Shown here piece by piece: positions 49,523 through 59,955 of a DNA stretch of 64,000 nucleotides. The notes beneath the pieces were generated by a model. The model saw nothing but the letters and a program-made list of their open reading frames with translations. It ran no database searches and was not told the origin of the DNA. Origin of the DNA: Patescibacteria group bacterium (GTDB lineage: Bacteria; Patescibacteriota; Patescibacteriia; Veblenbacterales; UBA10138); the NCBI GenBank assembly GCA_041645215.1, contig JBAZQK010000002.1, forward strand, positions 15,435 to 79,434, read 5' to 3'. The translations under genes were made by a program, and so were the position numbers. Numbering within the stretch: position 1 is the first letter of the stretch; every line of letters begins with the position of its first letter.

Positions 49523-50218
49523 CTATTTAAGTTCAATTGCTTGAATTACAATATCCGACAACGGATGATCATTGGCATTGGTGGGGGCCGATTCAATTTC
49601 AGCCAGAATTTCTTGTCCTTCAATCAACTCCCCAAAATTAGTGTGTTTGCCGTCTAACCACGGTGTCGCGGCGGCGGTAACAATAAAAAATTGACTGCCA
49701 TTGGTGTTGGGGCCGGCGTTCGCCATGGCAAGTGAACCTCTAACCAGTTTGTTATTATTAATTTCATCGGCAAATTGGTAGCCCGGACCGCCTTGGCCGT
49801 CATTTGACCAATCATCGTCCTTAGAATTTGGGTCGCCGGTTTGAACCATAAAACCCTTAATAACACGATGAAATTTAACCCCATTATAAAAACCGCTGTT
49901 AGCCAATTTAACAAAATTGGCCACCGTGTTGGGTGATGCGGGGTAAAATTTAAAAACCAAATCGCCCCGATTGGTTTTTATGACGGCTTTGGTTACTGGC
50001 GGCATTTGGTAATTGTTTCCAGCGGCGGCGGACTCGGTTGGATTGGCGGCGGCGGGATTAACCGGGGTATTTTTTAGCGTTGACTTAGAGGCTTGGGCGG
50101 CGGCATCAAATTCAGTCATAGTTGGTTGGATAGAGGGCGAACGAAAGATACAACCGCTTAGGGTTAATACGAAAAATATTAGTGCGATTACGATTGAAAA
50201 TTTATTAATCTTGCGCAT
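49523..50218 (-). CDS. Cyclophilin-type peptidyl-prolyl isomerase lipoprotein
   Basis: Lipobox [24 protein letters not shown] and WLDGKHT motifs. Confidence 0.95.
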   Translation of the reverse strand: MRKINKFSIVIALIFFVLTLSGCIFRSPSIQPTMTEFDAAAQASKSTLKNTPVNPAAANPTESAAAGNNYQMPPVTKAVIKTNRGDLVFKFYPASPNTVANFVKLANSGFYNGVKFHRVIKGFMVQTGDPNSKDDDWSNDGQGGPGYQFADEINNNKLVRGSLAMANAGPNTNGSQFFIVTAAATPWLDGKHTNFGELIEGQEILAEIESAPTNANDHPLSDIVIQAIELK

Positions 50219-50343
50219 AATTGGATCAAATAATATCTAATTACCCGTCTGCCCACGGTCCCGCTACGGCGGAACCCCGGCCTTTTGGCGGGGTGTGACC
50301 GGCAGGCCCCGCTCAAGCTTAGGCAGGCAGGGATTTAGAAATT

Positions 50344-51948
50344 CTAATACATTTCGTCCTTTTTGTCTTTAAGGAATTGAAACCAGTCTTCAATAATTTT
50401 TAAAGCGGTTTTGAAAGGAACTTCAAATAAAAAGTCAAGCACAAAAACAAAAACATTGACTCGGTCAAAAGTTTGCGATAACCATTTACCGACGGCTATA
50501 ACCGGCACCGCAAAAAAATCAAGCAAAAAAGCCACTATGGTTTCACGGCTGCGCACCACTTTGAGCTGGCGGGCGTGCTGACGCAGAGAAATTCCAAAAA
50601 AACTTACCAGACTGACAAAGAATATAAATATTATGCCCGAGATAAAATTAAAGTCTAACCGCCATAACAAATAAATCACTCCTCCAAACGATCCCACAAA
50701 GGTCGCAACGTATAAAAAGGTATAAGCAATTTTTTTTACCAATCCCATCTTAGGCTTGGTTACCGGCTGGGGCCGGTAAAAGTTCGGCTCGTAACCCAAA
50801 ACTAATTCGTTGACACCCATGGCTACCATATCGGCATCAGCCTGACTGGGAGATTTTATCATTACCGTTATGATACCCATTAAAACTGGCGGCACCAGCA
50901 AGTTGATAATCACTGATAAATAGTTAATTGATCCCAGCATTAACCGTTCATAAGGTATCTCCAACAGCAAAGCTAAAACCATTTTAGTCAAAAAAATGTA
51001 TATTATAGCGTGCCAACCGCGCCGGCGCAGCTTACGACTGGTCGTTTTCCAATATTTCTGGTAGGTTTGTCTAACCGTTGACTCTAATTGATGGGCGTTG
51101 GTGAGAAGGCCGCGCCAATTATCCAGGCGGTCTCGTAAAATATCCTGCAAAATGATTACCGGCACCAATAGCCGGCGGACACGAGTTAAAAGTCGCCGGC
51201 CCAGCTCGTGGTCGTTTAAATTTTTAAAATTTAATAAAATCTCATCTACTGAATTGGCCAACGCCGGCACCGCCACCGCCGGTTCATTGTTAAACCAATA
51301 TGGGTAGTAATGGACTAATAGGTAATAATTGATAATATCGCTGTCGGCGCGCTCCAACGCCCGTTGAATATCAATTATTAATTGAACATTCTTGGGCTCG
51401 GCCTCGGTGTCGTTATCAGGCAAAATCAGTACGTCTTTTAATATTTTATAGGCAAAAGAAATGTAGGCGTTGCGAAAGTCTGGCGATACTAATTGATTAT
51501 CACATTCAACGGCCGCCAGTCCCAAAAGCTGTTCGCGCCATTTAGGTATGTTTGACTTATGGTCAGCCAGCAAATTGAACAATGCGTAATATTTACTTAA
51601 GATTGCCGCCACGGCCGTAATTTTAGTTTCGGGTATTGCGTTGTTGGCCAGATAGCGCGCTAAAATAAGTTCGCGTATTAATGCTTGGGCGGCGATTTGC
51701 GGCTGGTGATTGAATTGCGGCAGCCAAAATTTACGTTTCAAAAAACGTCTGATGGCATTTTTACGCAATAAAAATTCGTCTTTGTAATCAATAAAATTAC
51801 GAATCTTTTCGTAGGCAAAAGCCGGTAAGCTGGTTAGCTCGGAAACGCGGATTTTGGTTAGGTCTTCAGGATAATGACTAAGTTTGCTCGCCTCTTCCAA
51901 CTCATGAACTAAATCGCTTGTAACTTTCGTCAGATTTGACTGGGGCAT
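50344..51948 (-). CDS. Conserved-looking hypothetical membrane protein
   Basis: 534 aa with C-terminal TM segments. Confidence 0.75.
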   Translation of the reverse strand: MPQSNLTKVTSDLVHELEEASKLSHYPEDLTKIRVSELTSLPAFAYEKIRNFIDYKDEFLLRKNAIRRFLKRKFWLPQFNHQPQIAAQALIRELILARYLANNAIPETKITAVAAILSKYYALFNLLADHKSNIPKWREQLLGLAAVECDNQLVSPDFRNAYISFAYKILKDVLILPDNDTEAEPKNVQLIIDIQRALERADSDIINYYLLVHYYPYWFNNEPAVAVPALANSVDEILLNFKNLNDHELGRRLLTRVRRLLVPVIILQDILRDRLDNWRGLLTNAHQLESTVRQTYQKYWKTTSRKLRRRGWHAIIYIFLTKMVLALLLEIPYERLMLGSINYLSVIINLLVPPVLMGIITVMIKSPSQADADMVAMGVNELVLGYEPNFYRPQPVTKPKMGLVKKIAYTFLYVATFVGSFGGVIYLLWRLDFNFISGIIFIFFVSLVSFFGISLRQHARQLKVVRSRETIVAFLLDFFAVPVIAVGKWLSQTFDRVNVFVFVLDFLFEVPFKTALKIIEDWFQFLKDKKDEMY

Positions 51949-52172
51949 ATTTAAGTAAACCGCTATAACCTGATTAAATATTTAAGACTGCCAAAGTTTA
52001 ACATTTTTTAATATTTTTGGCAAGGCTAAATTGGTTTACCGCCTAAATAACCCTGAATTACGAAATACTTTTTCCCGTCATTCTTCAGCCGATTCCGCCA
52101 GCCGGCGGACAGCGGGAGGTATCCGCCGCCGTTCGCCGCAGCGAGCGGCGGCGGATAAAAAAAGACTATTTA

Positions 52173-52344
52173 CCCCGTTACACCCAGAATGCCCCACCCT
52201 TCAGGGTGGGGATGAACCCCGTTAGAAGTAATTCCAATGGCTGTCGGGATACTCCACCACCGGTGGAGACTTCTAACGGGGTGAATGGGAAATTAAAAAT
52301 CTTCCCCAAAAATGCCCCGTCCTTCAGGACGGGGCGTAACGGGG
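52173..52344. mobile_element. Family A element (outer) with nested family A element at 52217-52281
   Basis: Outer TIR CCCCGTTACACCC/GGGCGTAACGGGG with TSD TTTA; inner TIR CCCCGTTAGAAGT/ACTTCTAACGGGG with TSD TGAA. Confidence 0.85.
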
Positions 52345-53724
52345 TTTACTAAGAGCGGCGCTGTAAATAACATTGGGGGCTTTTAGTAAATCATAGATTA
52401 AATTGTATTTTACAATATAGTAGGCGGTTTCGTTTTTAAGAGCGTAGCGATTGACTAGATTGTAAAATTGATCGGCGGCGGTCGCATGTTGTTTGTAAAT
52501 TTTAAGCTGCTGTTTGAGTTTAGCTTTTTCCAAGGTGGTTATTTGTTTGCCAGTCAGCTGTTGTTTTAATGATTTGACTCCGGCTAAATACGTGTTTTTT
52601 TCTTGTTGATAGAATTTTTTTAAAGTAACTCGGCTGGCTGACCAGTTATCCCCCCACTTTTCAAAAGCTTTAATGACACGGGCTAATCCACCGTTATAAC
52701 TAGCGGCCAAATAGGCGCCCAGTTTTTTATCGTCGGCCGCGCCGGCGTTCTTAATTGTCTGCGGCAAATGACTAAGGATATCGTCTAAATAGCCGATTTC
52801 CGCCTTAATCGCGTTATAAGGGTCGGTCATCCCCTGTTCAAAATTAGGATTAAGAACCAGTTCGGGGCGCCGCTTGACCATCAGTTTATAAGTTGATGGT
52901 ATAAACTGGGCCAGGCCGCGGGCCGAGGCGGTAGACTTGGAATAAGCAAAGGAAAAATGCCGGTTAGTCGCCAGCGTTACAAAAAAACGATCTAAAAATT
53001 CGGCCGGCTGACTGCTGGTGCGGCTGATATTGTCAGCATGCTCAATCGCGATAATTGATTTTACCAAAATTGGATCTATGACATCAATCAATAATTTATC
53101 GGGGTAAGCTTGCGATTTCACCCCTAAGGCGGCGATTTCGTCATAAACCGCGGTAATTTTAGTGGCAAAAAAACGCTTGCCCTCGTCAATAATCGCCGCG
53201 GTTTTTAAATAATCATGATAGGGCACGTAAACGGTGTTTTGTAATTTATATTGGGAGCGCGTTTTAGCGCCAAGGCTAAGGTAAATTGGATGAATAACCG
53301 CCACCACCAAAGCCTTGGGTTCGCCCGCCACTATATACTGTGAATTCACGCCGTTGTCATACTTAACTTTGATGTCATAGTTCCGGTTGTCATTAAGCGT
53401 TACCCGCCGACCTGATTTTAAACCGTTGACAAATACGATTTGATCTGCGACGGGCTGCCACAAAGCTAAAGTAACCGGTATGGGAGTGTTTTTACTTTTG
53501 ACCACAACCGGTTTAAATTTTGGATTGGTCAATTCATCGTTAACCCGGGCTTGCAATGTCATTTTGGCCGATAATATGGCTTGATATAACAAATTATCCG
53601 GCTCAACTTGCGCTGGCTTTGAATCAAGAATGTCTGAATTGTCAGCTTTAACCGCCAGCGGGCTAAGTGCTAACAAACCAATTGCCCAGCTTAGGCCGGC
53701 TATTTTTAAACTATGTAACATCAT
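52324..53724 (-). CDS. Secreted lytic transglycosylase (SLT-like) protein
   Basis: Signal peptide, AIEH, SARGLAQFIPST, ASYNGG and ETAYY motifs. Confidence 0.8.
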   Translation of the reverse strand: MMLHSLKIAGLSWAIGLLALSPLAVKADNSDILDSKPAQVEPDNLLYQAILSAKMTLQARVNDELTNPKFKPVVVKSKNTPIPVTLALWQPVADQIVFVNGLKSGRRVTLNDNRNYDIKVKYDNGVNSQYIVAGEPKALVVAVIHPIYLSLGAKTRSQYKLQNTVYVPYHDYLKTAAIIDEGKRFFATKITAVYDEIAALGVKSQAYPDKLLIDVIDPILVKSIIAIEHADNISRTSSQPAEFLDRFFVTLATNRHFSFAYSKSTASARGLAQFIPSTYKLMVKRRPELVLNPNFEQGMTDPYNAIKAEIGYLDDILSHLPQTIKNAGAADDKKLGAYLAASYNGGLARVIKAFEKWGDNWSASRVTLKKFYQQEKNTYLAGVKSLKQQLTGKQITTLEKAKLKQQLKIYKQHATAADQFYNLVNRYALKNETAYYIVKYNLIYDLLKAPNVIYSAALSKPRYAPS

Positions 53725-53752
53725 ATTTATAATAACAAAATATAATTATAAG

Positions 53753-53919
53753 TAGGACTTACGGGGTTGAGCCAAGTTCGAGGCAAAACCGAGCAAGTGG
53801 TACGAGTCCCGCCATGGCGGGATGAACGAAAAGCGGAGGTTTTAACGAAGAAATTAGCCAAAGCCGCTTGCGGGGTCGTCCCTGCGCCAGCCCTGCAAGC
53901 GGCAAGCGCGTAAGTCCTA
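53753..53919. mobile_element. MITE family B, copy 3 (167 bp)
   Basis: TIR TAGGACTTACG/CGTAAGTCCTA; TSD ATAAG. Confidence 0.9.
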
Positions 53920-53930
53920 ATAAGATTAAT

Positions 53931-55337
53931 TTACAATTCAATTGTTTGGTTAAGAGACGGCACAAACACTTGGACTTGCGGCAACTCGGTTCTAATAGCT
54001 TGCGCCAAGGCCTGGGCCTGACTGGTTTCACCATGCACCAAAAAAATCTTTTGTAAGTCAGCTATCTGTTTAGCGTAATTAATCAGAGTGGGCTGGTCAG
54101 CGTGCGCGCTTAATTCGTGTAACACCACCACTTGGGCCTTGACGCTGTAATTTTTGCCAAACAATTTTATAGCTCTCGCGCCGTCCATCAAGCGCCGTCC
54201 GACTGTCTGCGCGGCCTGGAAACCGGTTATAAGTATGGTATTTTTTGGATTGCCGATGTTATTTATTAAATGATGGATGATGCGGCCGGCCTCGGCCATG
54301 CCGGAGGATGAAATTATCATTAACGGACCAGGCATCGCATTAAGAGCTTTGGACTCCTCAACCGATGACACCAGGCGCAAATTTTTAAATGACAACGGCA
54401 CCTCACCGAATTGCCCAAAATCCACCCAGCTCTCGCGGTCGTAAATTTCACGGTGATTTTTAAAGACCGTTGTTATTTCCAAGGCTAAGGGGCTGTCAAC
54501 ATAAATCGGCATATTGGCCAGTTCGCCTTCGTCGCTAATTTGGTGCAGCATATAAACTAATTCCTGGGTGCGTCCCAGGGCAAAGGCGGGTACGATAATT
54601 TTACCCCGGTTAGCCAAAGTTGCTTTAATCACGTTATCCAGCATGGCTTTGGCTTGGGCAATCGGTTCATGGGTACGATTGCCATAAGTTGATTCCATTA
54701 GTAATACCGGAACTTGATCGCGGATAAAGGCTGGACTTTTTAGTAAAGGGGCGTCGTTGCGTCCCAGATCGCCGGTAAAGGCAATACGCGCTCTCTGACC
54801 GTTGGCTTGACCCTCAAGCACGATCGCCGCCGAACCAAGTATGTGCCCAGCCTCATAAAGTTTTATTCTAAGATCGGGAAAAATTTCAAACCACTGATTT
54901 GAATTATCAACATAAGGAACAGCTACAAATTTAGCCATAGTGCTATCAACATCATCAATCGTAAACAACGGTTCAGCCAGTTCACTGCCCTCAATATGAT
55001 GCTTACGCATGTATTGTAAATCGGCCAATTGAATATGAGCCGAGTCTTTCAGCATCCATCGGGTTATGTCGCGGGTGGCGGCGGTGGCAAAAATTTGACC
55101 TTGATAACCGTGTTTAAGCAACATTGGCAACGAACCGCAATGGTCCAAGTGACCATGCGATAAAATCACCGCTGTTAAATCCTCGGCCGCAAATGGCAGT
55201 TTACTGTTTAGTTCGCGGGTTAAGCGGCGACGGCCCTGAAACGAGCCGCAATCAAGTAAAACTTTATACTTGCCTATTTCCACTAAATGTTTAGAACCAG
55301 TAACACCCTCGGCCGCACCATAAAATGTAACACGCAT
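53931..55337 (-). CDS. Beta-CASP metallo-beta-lactamase ribonuclease
   Basis: HGHLDHCG, AGHILGS, ESTYG, SAHAD and VHGE motifs. Confidence 0.93.
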   Translation of the reverse strand: MRVTFYGAAEGVTGSKHLVEIGKYKVLLDCGSFQGRRRLTRELNSKLPFAAEDLTAVILSHGHLDHCGSLPMLLKHGYQGQIFATAATRDITRWMLKDSAHIQLADLQYMRKHHIEGSELAEPLFTIDDVDSTMAKFVAVPYVDNSNQWFEIFPDLRIKLYEAGHILGSAAIVLEGQANGQRARIAFTGDLGRNDAPLLKSPAFIRDQVPVLLMESTYGNRTHEPIAQAKAMLDNVIKATLANRGKIIVPAFALGRTQELVYMLHQISDEGELANMPIYVDSPLALEITTVFKNHREIYDRESWVDFGQFGEVPLSFKNLRLVSSVEESKALNAMPGPLMIISSSGMAEAGRIIHHLINNIGNPKNTILITGFQAAQTVGRRLMDGARAIKLFGKNYSVKAQVVVLHELSAHADQPTLINYAKQIADLQKIFLVHGETSQAQALAQAIRTELPQVQVFVPSLNQTIEL

Positions 55338-55350
55338 AGTGAGTGAAAGT

Positions 55351-56112
55351 TTAATTTGCCAACCAACCGCCATCCACGTAAAAAGTCGCGCCGGTGATGT
55401 AACTGGATTCAGCCGACGCTAAAAATACTACCAGCGGCGCGACTTCTTCCGGCTGACCAATACGGCGCAACGGCACTCGCGCCAGCAATGCCGCCAATAC
55501 GTCTTGGGGCATAGCCGAAAAATTGGCCATTGGCGTATCAATAGCTCCAGGAGCGATGGCATTAACTGTAATGCCAAATTGTCCCCACTCAATCGCTAAG
55601 GTTTCAGTTAAAGCGATTACGCCGCCTTTAGAAGCCGTATAATGGGCGGCATTCGGATAACCGACGCCAACTTGGCCGGACGCAATTGAGGAAATATTTA
55701 TAATCCGTCCCCATTTTTGTTTAATCATTTCTCGCGCCGCGCGCTGGGCGCACAAGAATTGGCCTTTGAGGTTTATGTTAAGCGTTTTATCCCAATCGGC
55801 TGCAGTCAGTTCCAGGGCTGGTTTAGGTAAAAACACGCCGGCATTGTTTACTAATATATCTAACCGGCCAAATTCAGCGATCACCGCTGAAATTACTTGG
55901 TCCACCTCGGCGGCGTTGGCAACATCAAGTTGGAACGCTTGGGCCCGTCCGTTGCCAGATTTTATTTCCTTAACCACAACTTCGCATTCAGCCAGGTTAA
56001 TGTCAGTTACAACTACAATCGCGCCCTGTTTAGCCAATGCCAACGCGTGCGCCCGGCCCATACCGCGCCGCGCCCCAGTCACCAAAGCGACTTTATCTTT
56101 AAGTTCAAACAT
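55351..56112 (-). CDS. SDR oxidoreductase (FabG-like)
   Basis: TGARRGMG, NNAG and YTASK motifs. Confidence 0.93.
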   Translation of the reverse strand: MFELKDKVALVTGARRGMGRAHALALAKQGAIVVVTDINLAECEVVVKEIKSGNGRAQAFQLDVANAAEVDQVISAVIAEFGRLDILVNNAGVFLPKPALELTAADWDKTLNINLKGQFLCAQRAAREMIKQKWGRIINISSIASGQVGVGYPNAAHYTASKGGVIALTETLAIEWGQFGITVNAIAPGAIDTPMANFSAMPQDVLAALLARVPLRRIGQPEEVAPLVVFLASAESSYITGATFYVDGGWLAN

Positions 56113-56225
56113 ATAACCGCAGTTAGAGTTAATATTGATAGTTGAATTATAGCATATTAGTGGCGCTTTTAACTATGGCACTGGTGCTAAAATGGACTAC
56201 GGCCGTAAGTGATGCCGTTTAATTT

Positions 56226-56861
56226 TTAAACTAAAGTTGTTATCAGTTCAGGTAACCTGCTGAATAAAGGCGTGCACGCATCAGCTTCATCAAATTTATT
56301 TTTGGAATAAATAATAACTTTCATTCCCGCCGCTCTCGCCGCCTTGATGTCGTTCACCACATCCCCTATGTAAACGCATTCTTCGGGTTTAACTTTCAAC
56401 TTGTCCGCCGCCAAGAGTAGCGGTTCGGGATGTGGTTTGTGGTTAGTGGTGTCTTGATAGGAAACTGCAACCTTAAAATACTTTTCCAACTTTGCGAGTC
56501 GCGGAAATTCGTAAACACTTTCCTTTACGCGACTCGTAACAATTCCAAGAAGATAATTTTTAGCCAATGTCTCTGTAACTTTTTCTGCGTTCTCGGGCAT
56601 AGTCAATAATTTAAACTCGTATCCTACTTCGCGGCTCCGCCCCATTTCCCAGATTCTTTTAATTTCTTCCTCGGCGATGGATTTAGTAAGAACTTTTATG
56701 GCATCGAGCATGCTCAAATGAAAAATTGCCGGAAATTCTTTTCGCGTCGGTGGTCTATAACCAGTTCTTGTCATGAGGTCCTGAAAAAATTTCAAATTTG
56801 CCTCGAACGAATCGAGTAAGACACCATCAATATCAAAAATAACAGCTTTAATCATATTCAT
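56226..56861 (-). CDS. HAD-family phosphatase
   Basis: FDIDGVL, KPHP and IGD motifs. Confidence 0.92.
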   Translation of the reverse strand: MNMIKAVIFDIDGVLLDSFEANLKFFQDLMTRTGYRPPTRKEFPAIFHLSMLDAIKVLTKSIAEEEIKRIWEMGRSREVGYEFKLLTMPENAEKVTETLAKNYLLGIVTSRVKESVYEFPRLAKLEKYFKVAVSYQDTTNHKPHPEPLLLAADKLKVKPEECVYIGDVVNDIKAARAAGMKVIIYSKNKFDEADACTPLFSRLPELITTLV

Positions 56862-57166
56862 TTCAATAATTCATCATCTGATACGCCCCCAGCGTTCGCT
56901 AGTCGCTCTAAGGCAGGCGAGTTCAGAGCCGGCACTGAGGAGTTCGGCTGCGGCTCACTCGCAGCCCTCATGGCCGAAGTGTTGGACTGCGGTGATGACA
57001 GCACGTTAGTGGGCAAACGGGTAAGTCCTAATGGAGACAAAATTATCTGTCTGATGTTGAAGTGTTTTAGTGATCCAGTGATTAATAGTTTATTATCCTT
57101 CGCCCCGCTTAGCCGGGCTTCGCTTAAAACCACTACCCTAACGCCCCCGGAGCATCATAACTTAAA

Positions 57167-58030
57167 TTAACGCTTTTTTGCCCAATTAGATATAATTTTA
57201 ACCACTTTATAGCCTAAACCGTCAAAGTTGTGTAATGCGTCCTTAACCACGGCAAATGAGGCGTCAGCGGCCCTTATATGGCCTTTAAACCAGTCTAACA
57301 TAGCACTTGGCTGAATATCGCCATGCTCGTCCTTTTCGGCCAATACAGTGAGAATTGGTACCTTAATCTGGTGTAGTGTTTTAGGTATTACATTCGGTCG
57401 CGCGTAAGTGAACATTTCCTCTTTACTGTCAGGTGTGTGCAGGCTTAAGAAGCGTTGCGCGTCTATGATATAGGGCCAGGCGTTACCGGGCAATAATTCG
57501 TGCGGTCGTTTTTGCTTAACCAATTCGCGAGCAATTTTGGTCGCCCGCCCTAAAACACGCGGGTTAGTAAATTTCTTGGCAGACGAATAATCGCTAAGTG
57601 GGCACAACAGCACTGCGCCCTTAATAGCCGATTGCGGTTTGGCGCGCGCCAGATAATAAATTATTTTTTGACAACCGGTGGAATGCCCGACCAGATAAAT
57701 ATTCTTTACTCCCCGGCTCCGGGCAAAATTAACCGCGCCCTGGATATCGTCCACGCAGTCCGTAAACACCTCGTGCGCCATACCGGCGATTATTGATTTG
57801 CAGCCTTTTTTACTTTTTTTATCAACTGGGTATATCGTGGCGATGATATCATGCCCGCGATTGCTAAAAGTCATCGCCGCCGTACCCTTCCCCACTAACG
57901 GAACTACCAGGTCGTGATTGGAAAAGGCGTTAGCTGTTAAGCCGTGAACAAAAATAAAAAGTTTCTGGGGTTGGCCTGAACCAAACCATAAACCATTTAA
58001 AATATATTTTTTGGGAGTAATTATGTTCAT
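57167..58030 (-). CDS. Alpha/beta hydrolase (DUF1749-like)
   Basis: VHG and GHSTG motifs; His near the C-terminus. Confidence 0.85.
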   Translation of the reverse strand: MNIITPKKYILNGLWFGSGQPQKLFIFVHGLTANAFSNHDLVVPLVGKGTAAMTFSNRGHDIIATIYPVDKKSKKGCKSIIAGMAHEVFTDCVDDIQGAVNFARSRGVKNIYLVGHSTGCQKIIYYLARAKPQSAIKGAVLLCPLSDYSSAKKFTNPRVLGRATKIARELVKQKRPHELLPGNAWPYIIDAQRFLSLHTPDSKEEMFTYARPNVIPKTLHQIKVPILTVLAEKDEHGDIQPSAMLDWFKGHIRAADASFAVVKDALHNFDGLGYKVVKIISNWAKKR

Positions 58031-58304
58031 AGCGGGATTATAGCAAAATGAAACATATTTACAACCCCGATGTAACCCGACGTAACATTGGGGTATCTGA
58101 TTTTCATTCTCCCAAGCTGTCCGCCCTCGTCCCGCTTAGCGGGACTTCCGCGGATTATGCTCCACGTCATTCATCCCCGCCGAATCGGCGGGGTATTCTA
58201 GCGAAAAATTCCGAGCTTGGCTAAGGGTTGACTTATTTAAATGTTGTGCTAAACTAGTACAAAATAAAAAAAGTATTATTTAAAACTGAATTAAGAGGCA
58301 AACC

Positions 58305-59027
58305 ATGAATCTACCACAATTAATGAAGCATTTTTTTGAACTTTACGGCAAAAGAAACCGTATTTTTCTGGAAAGTCTGCTTAAGCGCATTGTGTTTTTG
58401 AACCTAGCGATTGCTGATTTAGAAGACGCCATTCGTAAACAAGCCGACTTACCCGACTTGGAAACAGCCTTGGCTAGAGTAGTGGCCAGAATTTTTTGTA
58501 TCGCTGATTATTTTGGCGAACTACCCATAAACTTACCGCTGGCGCAGAAATATCCCCAAACTCATTGCAGTTACTGTAAAACTTCCCCTTGCAGTTGTCC
58601 TGAACGAAGGCCTGATTACACACTGGAGAAAATTGAAGCCACCAACGAACAATTATTATGGTCTTTAGGGAAGTGGTGCGAACACTTTAAAAAAGTATAC
58701 GGTTCAAAAAACAAAGCCGAGGGAATAGAAAATTTAATTAGCCGCCTGTTTAAAGAAATAAGCGAACTACTTACTCTAGCCATGAAAACACCCAGCAGGT
58801 TTTCAGCCAATACCACAATTGACGATGTGGAAACGGAATTTTCTAAAGAACTATGCGACGCGTTGGCCTGGACAATAGCCATAGCAAACTATTGGGAAAT
58901 TGATCTTGAAAATTCAGTAATTAAGCGCTATGGCGAAGTGTGCTGGAAATGCCGCAAAAAACCATGTGATTGCACTGAATTCAGTATGGATCAAATTGTC
59001 TGGCCGTCAACAAAAAATTTTTCATAA
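58305..59027 (+). CDS. Tandem MazG-like NTP pyrophosphatase with two Cys4 motifs
   Basis: KEISE...ELCDALAW; CSYCKTSPCSC and CWKCRKKPCDC. Confidence 0.75.
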   Translation: MNLPQLMKHFFELYGKRNRIFLESLLKRIVFLNLAIADLEDAIRKQADLPDLETALARVVARIFCIADYFGELPINLPLAQKYPQTHCSYCKTSPCSCPERRPDYTLEKIEATNEQLLWSLGKWCEHFKKVYGSKNKAEGIENLISRLFKEISELLTLAMKTPSRFSANTTIDDVETEFSKELCDALAWTIAIANYWEIDLENSVIKRYGEVCWKCRKKPCDCTEFSMDQIVWPSTKNFS

Positions 59028-59035
59028 AAATAATA

Positions 59036-59062
59036 AAGCTGAACTTAACGGTTCAGTTTTTT
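59036..59062 (+). terminator. Intrinsic terminator
   Basis: CTGAAC-loop-GTTCAG followed by a T-tract. Confidence 0.6.
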
Positions 59063-59245
59063 ATTATGAAAATCATAACTGTGGCGAAAACCACGGCGGC
59101 CTATACCGGTATATATGAAAAAAACAACAAACCTTGGCCCGATGTTTTTCCATGGCTGTGTGTCTCGATCTAGGGTGGGCATTTCAGGGGGAATTGAAGA
59201 ATTATTAGTGTCCTAAAATGACACACCTTGGTAAAATTAAGTTAT

Positions 59246-59881
59246 CTAATTTTTCCCAAAATATTTTAGATACGCTCCCCAAAACAACCTTAAGTATTCT
59301 TGAAATTTTATTCTAATATCACCAAGATATTCGGTATACGTTCCATCTTTATTTCTATGCTTTATAAGACTTAAAGAAGCAAATGCTCCTGAATCTTGAT
59401 CTATTAAATTAAACCAATGTGCGTCGTGAATAAATCCGTTTCTCATATCATATAATATTTCCCAAAATTCTAATCGAATAGAAACTCCGTTTAAAGGTTG
59501 TACCATTATCGCCTCATTTAAAGTGCTTATATCATTAGATGAAAAATATTTTATAAAATCTTTTATTCTTTCTACTGACTTTGTTTTATCGTTGTTCAGA
59601 TGTTCTATTATAGAAAGAGTTATTTGATACATGAAACCATCAATATTTACAATCGCTTTGTCTCCAGTAATTCTGTAAAGATCATGAACGTAATAAAAAT
59701 AAATCGTATAAAGGAAATCTTCAAATTTATCTTTTGAAATATTCTCTAAAAAAGTGAAGTATTGATCTTCATTAGTAAAATATGCTGCTAAATATCTCCA
59801 ACCTTCTTCTAATATTCTTGGAATTCTACCTATAAATATAGCTCTATCGGTTTTTTCCAATAAAATTTGGGGAACTATCAT
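59246..59881 (-). CDS. Hypothetical low-GC protein, possible HEPN domain
   Basis: YDMRNGFIH (R-x4-H) motif. Confidence 0.6.
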   Translation of the reverse strand: MIVPQILLEKTDRAIFIGRIPRILEEGWRYLAAYFTNEDQYFTFLENISKDKFEDFLYTIYFYYVHDLYRITGDKAIVNIDGFMYQITLSIIEHLNNDKTKSVERIKDFIKYFSSNDISTLNEAIMVQPLNGVSIRLEFWEILYDMRNGFIHDAHWFNLIDQDSGAFASLSLIKHRNKDGTYTEYLGDIRIKFQEYLRLFWGAYLKYFGKN

Positions 59882-59955
59882 ATATTAAATCATTAATGCT
59901 GTCACCGCGTCTCCCGCACAAGGCTCGAAAATTTGCTCATGAATTGAGTGATTTT

